From positions 1 to 33,793 of the forward strand of contig JAOTZA010000002.1 of the NCBI GenBank assembly GCA_029861655.1: DNA of 33,793 nt. Reading direction: 5' to 3'. Below the pieces are notes generated by a model, which searched no databases, was not told the origin of the DNA, and saw only the letters and a list, made by a program, of their open reading frames with translations. This document shows, one piece after another, positions 15,103-24,300 of the stretch (its first letter is position 1; every line of letters starts with the position of its first letter). A program made the translations under genes and the position numbers. Source of the stretch: Acidobacteriota bacterium. GTDB lineage: Bacteria; Acidobacteriota; Thermoanaerobaculia; Multivoradales; JAHEKO01.

Positions 15103-17406
15103 TTACCAGAACTTGTAACCAAAGGTCGCGGTCACCGTCCGCGGCTGTCCGAGCGAACCCGTCAGGATGGCCAACGACGGGATGTTGTAGCCGTTGGTCA
15201 GATAGACCTCATCGGTCAAGTTCTTGCCGTTGATGGTGATCGACCAGTCACCATCACCCGACAGCCATCCGATCGAGGCATTCAGAAGATCGAAAGCCTC
15301 CTGCACGATCGGAGTCGTCCCGTTGCCCTCGTTGGTGAGCTCCGAATCGTCCCGGTAGGAGAAGCCGATCTTGCCGGAGACGAGGCCCCCCCAGGCCGCC
15401 TGGTTGACATTGAGGAAGAGCGCACCGGTGAATTCGGGGGCGTTGGTGATGACCTGGACGTCCGCCAGGGTGTTGTTGTCGGTGTCGACAAAGTTCTCGC
15501 TGGTGTCGAGAAAGCTCACGTTGCCCGACACCCCCAGCCAGCTCACCGTCGGCGACTTCCAGTCGAACTCGACCTCCAGGCCGTTGAGCGTCGCGTCGCC
15601 GGCGTTGACGAAGTCGCCGAGGAAGGACTCGGCCGTGCCATCGCCGTCGCTGTCGAACTCGGTGAAGGTCGAGACCTGAACGTCGGTGTAATCGCCGGTA
15701 AAGACGGCCGCGTTCAAGACCAGGCTGCGGTTGGCGAGGACCGACTTGACGCCCACCTCGGCCACCGTGAGTTCCTCGTCCTTGAAGGGCTCGCCGGTTT
15801 TTGGGACGAACAGCGTCTGGGCGCGGACGTTGAAGCCGCCGCTCTTGAAGCCGCGGCTCAGCGAGACGTAGCCCATGACGTCATCGTTGAACTGGTAGTC
15901 GAGCCCGAGCTTGGGCGAGACCGAAGAAAAGGTCTCGGTTTGGTCGTAGTCCGCCGTCACAAGCACCGGAACAGCAAAAGTATCGTCCAGGTAACCGGCA
16001 TTGAACGCCCGGCCGTTCTTGTCCTCCTCGGTGAAGCGAGCGCCGAAGTTGAAGGTTAGCTGATCGTTGACCTGGTAGCTGCCGTCCCCAAAGATCGCCA
16101 TCGACTCGGTCTTGGTGGTGCCGTCGGTCGTGCCGAACTGCGGAAAGGGCGGGAAGGGGAAAAGCGTCCCGTCGAGGAAGATGTTCCGCACCAGCCCACC
16201 GGCGAGGCCGTCGAAGTAGTAGAACCCGAAGACTCCGTCGAGCCTGCCGCCGCCGGTGTAGATGAATTGGAATTCCTGAGAATCCTGCTCATCGAAGTAA
16301 TCCGCGAACACGTCGACGATTCGCGCCGGCGAGGTGTCGAAGTCGATGTTGTTCTGGGTGTCCGTCTCGCGATGAGCGGTGATCGATTTGAACTGCCACT
16401 CGTTGTTGATGTCCCAGATGATCGTCAGGCCGTAGCCCTCCGAGTCGGTGCTGTTGGTGGGTGGCAGACCGCTCTCGGTGTCGAAGTTGTCGAGGACCGG
16501 GCATGAAATCCCGTAGAACACCGTGCAGACGCCATTTGCCGCCAGCCGGGTCAAGCCCTTGGGTTCGGAGTCGTCCTCGGTGCGGTCGTACCTCAGCTTG
16601 ACGGTCACGTCATCGGACGCCAAAAAGTCCAGACCCAGTCGAAAGGCCGTAGTGTCCTTGTTCGACACCTCTCTACCGGTGAACAGGTTGGTCCCGTAGC
16701 CATCGTGCTGCAGTGAAGCAAAGGCGAATTTGCCGCGTAGTTTGCCCTCGACCAGAGGACCGCCGAAGCTGAGCTTGATGTCCTGGTTCGAGAACGATCC
16801 CGGAGTGATGGAGATCCGTCCTTCCTTCGTGTCGGTCAGCTCCCGGCTCACGTACTTGATCGCGCCGCCGATGGTGTTCTTGCCATAGAGGGTTCCCTGC
16901 GGACCGCGCAGGACTTCGATCCGTTGGACATCGAAGACGTCCAACAGCGCGCCCTGGGGGCGGGCGATATAGACATCGTCTAGATAGAGACCCACACCCG
17001 GGTCGACACCCCAGAGCGGATCGGCCTGGCCGATGCCGCGCATAAAGGCGGTCAGGGTCGTCGACTGGTTGCGGCCCGGATAGATCGACAGATTCGGCAC
17101 GCTGGCCTGGATCTCCGAGATGTCCATCGCCGCGAGATCCTCGAGGGCGTCACCCTGGATCATGGTGACCGCGATCGGCACCTCCTGAATGTTCTCCTCG
17201 CGTTTGCGAGCGGTGACCGTGATCACGTCGCTCTCCTGGTGCATCTCTTCCTCGGCCTCGGCTTCGGCAGTGTCTTCCGCTGTGTCGTCGTCCTGCGCCA
17301 ATACGGGCGCTGTGGGGAAGACCACCACGAGGGCGAGCACCAGAAAGACCGCGCGGATCAGTAGTGCAGTGTTCGGTGAATTGTGATGTGAGTTGAATCG
17401 ACTCAT
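15103..17406 (-). CDS. TonB-dependent outer-membrane receptor
   Basis: ATG at 17406 preceded by GAGGAGGAAG. It has a signal peptide ending ...VFPTAPVLAQD, an acidic linker, the TonB-box-like DVITVTA, plug motifs (IEVLRGPQGTLYGKNTIGGAI) and a terminal ...TATFGYKFW (aromatic C-terminus). The longer 1040-aa track ORF is an artefactual extension through tetR. Confidence 0.9.
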   Translation of the reverse strand: MSRFNSHHNSPNTALLIRAVFLVLALVVVFPTAPVLAQDDDTAEDTAEAEAEEEMHQESDVITVTARKREENIQEVPIAVTMIQGDALEDLAAMDISEIQASVPNLSIYPGRNQSTTLTAFMRGIGQADPLWGVDPGVGLYLDDVYIARPQGALLDVFDVQRIEVLRGPQGTLYGKNTIGGAIKYVSRELTDTKEGRISITPGSFSNQDIKLSFGGPLVEGKLRGKFAFASLQHDGYGTNLFTGREVSNKDTTAFRLGLDFLASDDVTVKLRYDRTEDDSEPKGLTRLAANGVCTVFYGISCPVLDNFDTESGLPPTNSTDSEGYGLTIIWDINNEWQFKSITAHRETDTQNNIDFDTSPARIVDVFADYFDEQDSQEFQFIYTGGGRLDGVFGFYYFDGLAGGLVRNIFLDGTLFPFPPFPQFGTTDGTTKTESMAIFGDGSYQVNDQLTFNFGARFTEEDKNGRAFNAGYLDDTFAVPVLVTADYDQTETFSSVSPKLGLDYQFNDDVMGYVSLSRGFKSGGFNVRAQTLFVPKTGEPFKDEELTVAEVGVKSVLANRSLVLNAAVFTGDYTDVQVSTFTEFDSDGDGTAESFLGDFVNAGDATLNGLEVEFDWKSPTVSWLGVSGNVSFLDTSENFVDTDNNTLADVQVITNAPEFTGALFLNVNQAAWGGLVSGKIGFSYRDDSELTNEGNGTTPIVQEAFDLLNASIGWLSGDGDWSITINGKNLTDEVYLTNGYNIPSLAILTGSLGQPRTVTATFGYKFW

Positions 17407-17429
17407 GCTTCCTCCTCTTGTGTCGGTCC

Positions 17430-18089
17430 CTACGCCGGGCCGGCTGGGTCCTGGGTGTGTTCGCCGCCGGGCCTTGGTAGCAGGCCGTATCGCAGCAAGC
17501 GGATGAACTCTTGGGTTGCCTCCTTGGGCTTCATTCCGAAGTGCATCGGGACCCCGAAGCACTTTTCGACCGTGTAGAAATAGAAGAACCAGCGGGTCGC
17601 GACCATCACGGCGACCATCGGATCGGCTTCGCCGAAGTCGCCGGCGGCCTGGCGGTCGCGAAAGCGCTCGCCGTAGGTGTCCCGGAATCGGCCCGCCATG
17701 CCCTCGTAGAAAGCGTGGATGTGCCGACCCTCGAATTCGATGACGTCGACGTAAACCAGGAGGATGTAGGGCTTGAAGGCGTCTACGACTTCCTCGATGG
17801 CGCCGGCCACTTCTTCGAGGTCCTCGGGGAAGTCCGCCTTTGCGAAGAGCTGGTTGAGACGTAGGCGCGGGTCCGTGACGAGCTCCCAGTACTGGTCGAT
17901 CAGACGCTCGAAGATCTCCTCTTTGTTGGAGAAGTGATGGTAGAGATTGCCGACCGAGAGGCCCGACTCGGCGGCAATCTGCCGCATCGAGGTGGCGCGG
18001 AAACCTTGCGTCGAGAACAGCCCCAAGGCCGCCTCGAGAGCTTGGGCCACGGACAACTCGGATCTTGGGTCCGGCGACGTAATCGGCAT
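17430..18089 (-). CDS. TetR/AcrR-family transcriptional regulator
   Basis: ATG at 18089 with GGGAG 9 nt upstream. The N-terminal HTH reads ALGLFSTQGFRATSMRQIAAESGLSVGNLYHHFSNKEEIF. Confidence 0.85.
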   Translation of the reverse strand: MPITSPDPRSELSVAQALEAALGLFSTQGFRATSMRQIAAESGLSVGNLYHHFSNKEEIFERLIDQYWELVTDPRLRLNQLFAKADFPEDLEEVAGAIEEVVDAFKPYILLVYVDVIEFEGRHIHAFYEGMAGRFRDTYGERFRDRQAAGDFGEADPMVAVMVATRWFFYFYTVEKCFGVPMHFGMKPKEATQEFIRLLRYGLLPRPGGEHTQDPAGPA

Positions 18090-18103
18090 CAAGTTGACTC
18101 CCA

Positions 18104-18117
18104 ACCGAACGTTCGGT
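18104..18117. promoter_or_regulatory. Perfect 14-bp palindrome ACCGAACGTTCGGT, candidate TetR operator
   Basis: Read directly. It sits 15 nt upstream of the tetR ATG, immediately downstream of the candidate -10, and covers the predicted transcription start. Confidence 0.45.
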
Positions 18118-18121
18118 CGGT

Positions 18122-18150
18122 ACTGTAGCGAGGATCTGTCTTGCTGTCAA
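18122..18150 (-). promoter_or_regulatory. Candidate sigma70-type promoter TTGACA-17nt-TACAGT for the tetR-receptor-enzyme unit
   Basis: On the minus strand, TTGACA is at 18150-18145 and TACAGT at 18127-18122, with an exact 17-nt spacer. It lies in the 95-nt gap between the RND stop (18185) and tetR. Confidence 0.4.
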
Positions 18151-18184
18151 CAGATTCAGTTGGAGCAACAAGTCCCGACGGGTT

Positions 18185-21100
18185 CTAGCTCGGGCTGCTC
18201 GGTACCGGTGGCCTGCCGAACCCACGCCGTAGCGCCGCCCGGACTCCGTCCGCGGACTTCTCGCGCGCGTCGTCGAACAAGGTGTAGAAGACCGGTACGA
18301 CCAGGAGGGTGAGCAAGGTCGCGGTGGTGAGACCGCCGATCAAGGTGAGGCCAAAGCTCTTGTAGCTCAGCCCGATGCTCGATGACCCCTGGAGTGTCAG
18401 CGGCACCATGCCGCCGATCGTGGTCAGGGCGGTCATCATGATGGGCCGGAAACGCCGTTCCGCCGCCAGCAGGAGCGCCTCACTGCGCTCGTAGCCTTCA
18501 TGGCGCAGCCGAGTCACATAGTCGATCAGCACGATGCCGTTGTTGACGACGACACCGACCAGCAGTATCAATCCCACGACACCGAGAAAGTCGATATTGA
18601 GTCGTGAGACGAAGTGGGCCCAGTAGACACCCAGGCTGGCGAGTGGGATCGTCAAGATGATCGACAACGGCAAGATAAAGCTCTCGAACAAGAAGCCCAT
18701 CAGCAGGTAGATAAAAACGATCGAGACGATACCGGCAAAGAGCATCCCCGCGAGATCCTCGTTGAGGCCTTGCTGACCGCCGTTGGTGCCGAAGCTCACC
18801 CCCTCCGGAAGATCGATCCCGGCGGTGAGAACGGTGAGCTTCTTGCGGGTGTCATCGGCCTTGTCTTTCTCCAGCTCCAGGTTGATCGTTCTGTTGGTGC
18901 GCTTATTGGTGCGGAAGATGCGGGTGGCGGAGCTCAAATACTGTGGTTTGGTGAGCGCCGACAGGGGCGCTGAGTCACCGTCCATCGTGGGGACGGCGAA
19001 GTTGTTGAGCTCGTCGAGCGAGTCGCGATCCTCCTCGCGGAATCGCACGGTCACCGGGATCTCGGTGCCGCCTTGGCGGAAGCGTGGCAGCCCCTGGCCT
19101 CGCAGGGCGTACCCGACCACCGCCGAGACCACTGTCGGGTTGATGTTCTGCGCTTGGATGCGGTCGCGATCGAGAACCAGTGCCAGCTCGCTCGGCGAGT
19201 CGTCGGCGACCTTCTTCATTCCGACCACGCCGTCGATCGACAGGAACAGGCTCTCCAGGTCCTCCGCTACCTTCTCCAGAGTCTCCGAGTCCTCACCCTG
19301 GAGGACGATCGTGTGGAGGTTCTGATCTCTGTCTTCCCTGCGGTCGTCGTTGGTGAAGAGCTTGACGCCGGCCTTCTCCGGCAGCGCCTCCTTGACCCGC
19401 TTGGTCGCTTCCAACGGAGTGACCTTGTTGGTTCTCGGACTCTTGAACCAGCCCTGCAATTCGCCAAAGGTCGAACGGTGAAAGACAAACCAGCCGTCGA
19501 GATCGAGCTCTTCGGCGAGGTCCTCGATCACCTTCTCGCCTGCCAGAAAGAACTCTTCCGCCTCCTCGAGGGTTGTGTTTTGGGGCAGTGAAGCGGAAAT
19601 TTCGAACCCGCCACGATCCTCGTCCTGCATCTCGACGAACTCGACTTTCTTGAACGCGAAGGCGGCGCTGATGACGAAGACCGCGACCATCGCCAGCACC
19701 AGATCCAGGCGTCGACGCAGAAAAAGCTCGAGCAGTTTTGTGTAGCCGTGATTGAGCAGGCCGAATGTCCCGTCGTACGCCTTCTTGAGCCAATTGAAGA
19801 CAGGATGAGGCTTTTCGGACTCAGCCCCGTCTTTGGGGAGAGATACATAGACCGACAAGGGGATGAAGATCAGCGCCACGAGCAGCGACCCCAGAAGGGC
19901 TACCGAGATGGGAATCGAAAGACGCAGAAGAAAGAACTGACCCATACCCTCCACCAGCGACACCGGTAGAAAGACGATGATCGTCGTGAGGGTGGCCATG
20001 ACGATTGCCAGAGCGATCTCACCGGCCCCCTTGATACACGCCTCGCGACGCGACATCCCCTGACGATGGAGCCGGAAGATGTTCTCCCCGACGACCACCG
20101 AGTTGTCGACCAACAAGCCGACTGAGATCATGAGTGCCAGAAGCGTCAGGATGTTGAGTGATTCGCCGACAAAGTACATGACGGTCAGTGCGATGACGAT
20201 CGATACGGGGATCGAGAGAGTCACGATCAGGGTCATGCGAAAACGACGAAGAAAGAAGAACAGCACCAGGAGGGCGATGATGCCGCCGATCCTGCCGCTC
20301 GACAGCAGGGATCCAAGGCTCTCTCGGATCACTTCGCCCTGGTCGAAAAGAGTGGCCACATCGATCACTTGGAGCCTTGGGTTGCTGCGCATTTCCTCGA
20401 CCACCGCGTCGACGCGGCTGGCGACCTCGAGGGCGTTGGCGTCGCCCTCCTTCATGACCCCAAGGGCTATCGCCGGCCGGCTCATCGCACGCACGCGGTA
20501 GTTCTTGTCGGGAAGGTCGTAGCTGACGCGGGCGATGTCGCTGAGCTTGGTGTTGGGTCCCACCAAGCGGCTCTCGAGCTGCTCGAGGTTGTCGTAGCGC
20601 GATACCGAGCGCAGCAGCAGCTTGCGTTCGCCGTGCCGAACGTTGCCGCTCGACATCGTGAAGTTGTCGTCTCCGAGTTGCTGTGCGAGCTCATAAATGT
20701 TGAGTCCGGCGGCAGACGTTCGTTCGCGGTTGAGCTCGATGAGGATCTCCTTTTCCTCCAAGCCATGGGCCTCGACCGAGGCGACGCCCTCGATGCGCTC
20801 GAGCTTCAAGACGACTTCGTTCTGGACCAGGTTGTAGACATCGACCACGGCGGGGTCGATAGCGAGACCGACGAAGTAGATGGGGATCCCCGAGACGTCG
20901 TCCTTCAAGATGAAGACCTGTTCGACGTCCTCGGGCATCAGCAGGCGGGCGCGCTCGATCCGGTCGCGGACTTCGCGATAGGCGACGTCCATGTCGGTGC
21001 CTTGCTTGAACGACAGCCAGGCCATGCCCAGACCGGTCCTCGCATAGGATTCGAGCTTGCTGATTCCAGCCACCGTCGACAGTTCCTCCTCGAGAGGCCG

Positions 21101-21322
21101 CACGATCTTTTCGAGAACCTCCTGGGACGGCGCGTCTCGCCAGGGGACCTGAATGGTGAGAAAGGGTCCAGTGAATCCCGATGGAAAGAGCTCCACCGGG
21201 ATGCTGAGCGTGGCCACGGCGCCCAGTACGATGACGGTCACGAGCGAGACCAGGACGGTGATGCGGCGGTCAAGGGAGAAGCGCGGCAGGCGCGATTCGC
21301 TGGCAGGAGAGTTTTCTTTCAT
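18185..21322 (-). CDS. RND efflux permease (AcrB/MdtC-like), second of two tandem permeases
   Basis: About 1045 aa. The N-terminal ...RFSLDRRITVLVSLVTVIVLGAVA is followed by 12-TM RND architecture, with LGLLVDNSVVVGENI and VGVVVNNGIVLIDY in TM4 and TM10. I chose the ATG at 21322. A TTG at 21343 overlapping the upstream TGA is an alternative. Confidence 0.9.
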   Translation of the reverse strand: MKENSPASESRLPRFSLDRRITVLVSLVTVIVLGAVATLSIPVELFPSGFTGPFLTIQVPWRDAPSQEVLEKIVRPLEEELSTVAGISKLESYARTGLGMAWLSFKQGTDMDVAYREVRDRIERARLLMPEDVEQVFILKDDVSGIPIYFVGLAIDPAVVDVYNLVQNEVVLKLERIEGVASVEAHGLEEKEILIELNRERTSAAGLNIYELAQQLGDDNFTMSSGNVRHGERKLLLRSVSRYDNLEQLESRLVGPNTKLSDIARVSYDLPDKNYRVRAMSRPAIALGVMKEGDANALEVASRVDAVVEEMRSNPRLQVIDVATLFDQGEVIRESLGSLLSSGRIGGIIALLVLFFFLRRFRMTLIVTLSIPVSIVIALTVMYFVGESLNILTLLALMISVGLLVDNSVVVGENIFRLHRQGMSRREACIKGAGEIALAIVMATLTTIIVFLPVSLVEGMGQFFLLRLSIPISVALLGSLLVALIFIPLSVYVSLPKDGAESEKPHPVFNWLKKAYDGTFGLLNHGYTKLLELFLRRRLDLVLAMVAVFVISAAFAFKKVEFVEMQDEDRGGFEISASLPQNTTLEEAEEFFLAGEKVIEDLAEELDLDGWFVFHRSTFGELQGWFKSPRTNKVTPLEATKRVKEALPEKAGVKLFTNDDRREDRDQNLHTIVLQGEDSETLEKVAEDLESLFLSIDGVVGMKKVADDSPSELALVLDRDRIQAQNINPTVVSAVVGYALRGQGLPRFRQGGTEIPVTVRFREEDRDSLDELNNFAVPTMDGDSAPLSALTKPQYLSSATRIFRTNKRTNRTINLELEKDKADDTRKKLTVLTAGIDLPEGVSFGTNGGQQGLNEDLAGMLFAGIVSIVFIYLLMGFLFESFILPLSIILTIPLASLGVYWAHFVSRLNIDFLGVVGLILLVGVVVNNGIVLIDYVTRLRHEGYERSEALLLAAERRFRPIMMTALTTIGGMVPLTLQGSSSIGLSYKSFGLTLIGGLTTATLLTLLVVPVFYTLFDDAREKSADGVRAALRRGFGRPPVPSSPS

Positions 21323-21339
21323 GACTCGGCTCACGATCT

Positions 21340-24300
21340 TCAAACGGTTCCGATGGTGGAGAGGGTATCGGGCGATGCGGGCGATGCGGGCGATACGGTG
21401 TCTGGCAGTGTCTCCTGACCGGTGAGGCGGGCTCGTAGCTGGTCGAGAAGCGAGTAGATGACCGGGATCACGAGCAGGGTGAGAAAGGTCGAGACCAGGA
21501 GCCCGCTGATGACCGTGATCGCCATGGGTGTTCGAAGCTCGGCGCCGTTACCGAGGCCCAGGGCCATGGGTAGGAGGCCAAGCGCCGTGGTTGCCGTGGT
21601 CATCAGAATGGGTCGCAGGCGAACGGAGCCGGCGGTGACGACGGCTTCGGTCGCGTCCATCCCACGGCGCCGCAGTAGGTTGATGTAGTCGACCAGAACG
21701 ATGGCGTTGTTGACCACGATCCCGGCCAGCATGATCATGCCGAGGAAGACCACGATCGACAGGGAGATGCCGAGAGCGTAGAGGCAGACGACGGTTCCGA
21801 AGAACGCCAGTGGGATGGTGAACAAGATCACCAGGGGATGGAAGAGAGACTCGAATTGGGCCGCCATGATGACGTAGACGAGAAAAATCGACAACGCCAT
21901 AGCCAACCACAGACTGCCTTTGCTGCGCTCCCACTCGTCGTTTTGCCCCGCCATCAGATAAGTCGTTCCCGAGGGCCAGACGAGCCGATCGAGGTTGGCT
22001 TCGATTGCCTCGACGGCGCTTCCCAAGGACCCCTTGGCGATCGAGGCGGTCACCAGCGAGATGCGGCGGCCGTCTACGCGGCGCACCTCACTTGGCCCCT
22101 CCGCCAGCTCGACCACACCGACGGCCGACAACGGAATCGGTCGCGCGCCACCCGGATTGATGATCAATGCGCTGACATCCGCGACGCTCTCGCGGTCGGT
22201 GTCTTCGAGTCGTACGACGATGGGAATCCGTCGGTCTTTGAGATTGAACCGGGTGGCCTCGAAGCCCTGGACCTTGTCGCGAACGCGGCGCGCGACCTGG
22301 CCGGGGGCGAGGTCATAGCGCGCCAGCAGATCTCGGTCGTAGACCACCTGGACCTCGGGCGCTCCGCGGCGAGAGGTCGTCTCGACATCGGCGAGTTCGG
22401 GCATGGCGCTCATGGTTCGTTTGACTAGATCGGCCTGGCGTCGCAACTCGACGAGGTCGTTGCCGTGCACTTCGACCTCGATCGGCGTCTTGAAGCTGAA
22501 AAGCACCGGTCGGGTGACGCGGGCGTCGAGGTCGGGGATGCCGGAAAAGCGCTTGCGAAGGCGGTCGATCACCTTTCGCTCGAGGGTTGGGTTGGCCCGG
22601 TCCAATAGGACCTTGAAACGAGCGGTGTGCTCGCCTTCGTCGGACCGGTTTGAATACGCCGGATCGAAGCCGACCGTGAGCATCAGTGATTCGATGTGCT
22701 CCTTCTCTTCGAGAATGGCCTGCTCGACCGGCGCCACGATGGCCTCGGTGGCTTCGATCGGCGTACCAACGGGCAAACCGACTTCGACTGTGAACTCTCC
22801 TTGGTGAACCTCGGGTAAGAGTTCGGTATCGAGGGAAAGAGCGGTCCACGCGGTGGCGGCGAAACAGAGAAGGACCACGACAACGACGGTCAAGGGGCTG
22901 CGCAATGCCCATCGCAGGGTGTGTGGATACCGTTCATGAAGGCCGTCCAGTGATCCTTGCGTCAGTCGCAGTGGCACCGCGGCCATGAGACCGAAGAGCT
23001 TGCCCATGGCCGGGACCACGAACTTCCGACCGAGCCAGAGAGCACCGAAGAGAAATCCGAGCAGGAGCTTGCCGATGATCTCGAGGACCACACCGACTAC
23101 GAATCGCAGACCCAGATACAGCATCACTACGGGCAAAGCGGTGTATCCTAGCGCCTTGCGGAGCCCACTCCTTTGCTTGGCTCGGGAGAGTGTGCTTTTC
23201 GCGTCAGCGGTAAGCCCACGCCAGGAGGCGAAGGTCTTCCATTCGATGGGCTGGTCGCGGCCGCCGGTCAGACGCATTCCCTGCCGGCTGGCCAGCATGG
23301 GAATCAAGAAGAGGGCGACGACGAGGGCTGCGAGAAGCGAGATGACGACCGCCAACCCGAGGTCTCCAAAGGCCTGACCCGCGACGCCCTCGACAAACAC
23401 CATGGGAAAGAAGACGGCGATTGTCGTCAGCGTGGAAGCGATGACGGGGCCGCGGACCTCGGTGGTGCCTCTCACCGCCGCGGCTTCGAGAGGGTCGCCC
23501 TCCTCGCGACAGCGAAAAATCGACTCGAGCACGACGATGGAGGAGTCGACAAGCATGCCGATGCCGAGGGCCAAGCCGCCGAGCGACATGATGTTGAGAC
23601 TGACGCCGAGCAGATGCAGCGGCGCAAAGGTCACCAGGAGAGAAATCGGGATCGAGATGGCGATGATCGACGTGGTGCGAACGTCCTTCAAGAACAAGAA
23701 GAGAATTGTTATGGCCAGGAGCCCGCCCAGAAGAGCAGTATTGCGGACTTCGCGGATGCTCGACTCGATGAAGAGCGACCGGTCGGCGACCAGGGACAAT
23801 TCGGCGCCTTCGTTGCGCCAGGTCTTTTCGATCAGGCCTGGCGGGCCTCGACGCTTTTTCTTCCTGCGAGCTCGTTGCCCGTCCTTTGCCTCCTCAGGTT
23901 GTTGATCCTTCGAGCCTGAGGCTGCGGCGAGAAGCTCTTGCCGGGCCTCTTCGAAGTCAAATTCGCCGAGGGCGGTCTTGACCCGTTTGGCCAGCGCCAC
24001 GATGTTGGCGTCGGCCTCTTTGAAAACGTCGATCTGCACACCCTCGTGCCCGTTGGTGCGGGTCAGGATCTCGCGCTCCTTGTGCGCTCGAACGACCCTT
24101 CCGATGGACCCTAAACGGACGTCGCGACCCTCGAAGCGGGCGATGATCGTGTCGGAAATCTCCGCAAGGTCCTCGTACTCGTTGAGAGTTCGCACCATGT
24201 ACTCGGTGCGACCCTCGGTCAGCGTGCCGCCGGCGAGGTTGATGTTCTCCTGTGCCAGCCGATCGATGACGCTGCGGATCGACAGACCCGTTCGCTGCAG

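Noticed and set aside
14404-16059. Long antisense or alternative-frame ORFs. Examples are 14404-16059(+) 551 aa, 20369-21418(+) 349 aa, 3763-4956(-) 397 aa, 4889-6157(-) 422 aa, 23173-23919(+), 24322-25167(+), 28790-29425(-), 29170-30663(-) and 31288-32103(-).
   Set aside because: Each one overlaps a gene with unmistakable family motifs on the other strand or frame. Their translations are Arg/Gly/Pro/Asp-rich low-complexity strings with no motifs. Stop-poor alternative frames are expected in GC-rich DNA.
17407-18225. N-terminal extensions in the ORF track. These are the receptor extended to 18225, the thioredoxin protein to 2992, the thiolase to 11649, the hydrolase to 10188 and the VWA protein to 3344.
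   Set aside because: The extensions run through neighbouring genes or are Arg/Ser/Pro-rich. The internal ATGs have good Shine-Dalgarno sequences and give sensible N-termini (signal peptides, lipobox, family-typical openings).
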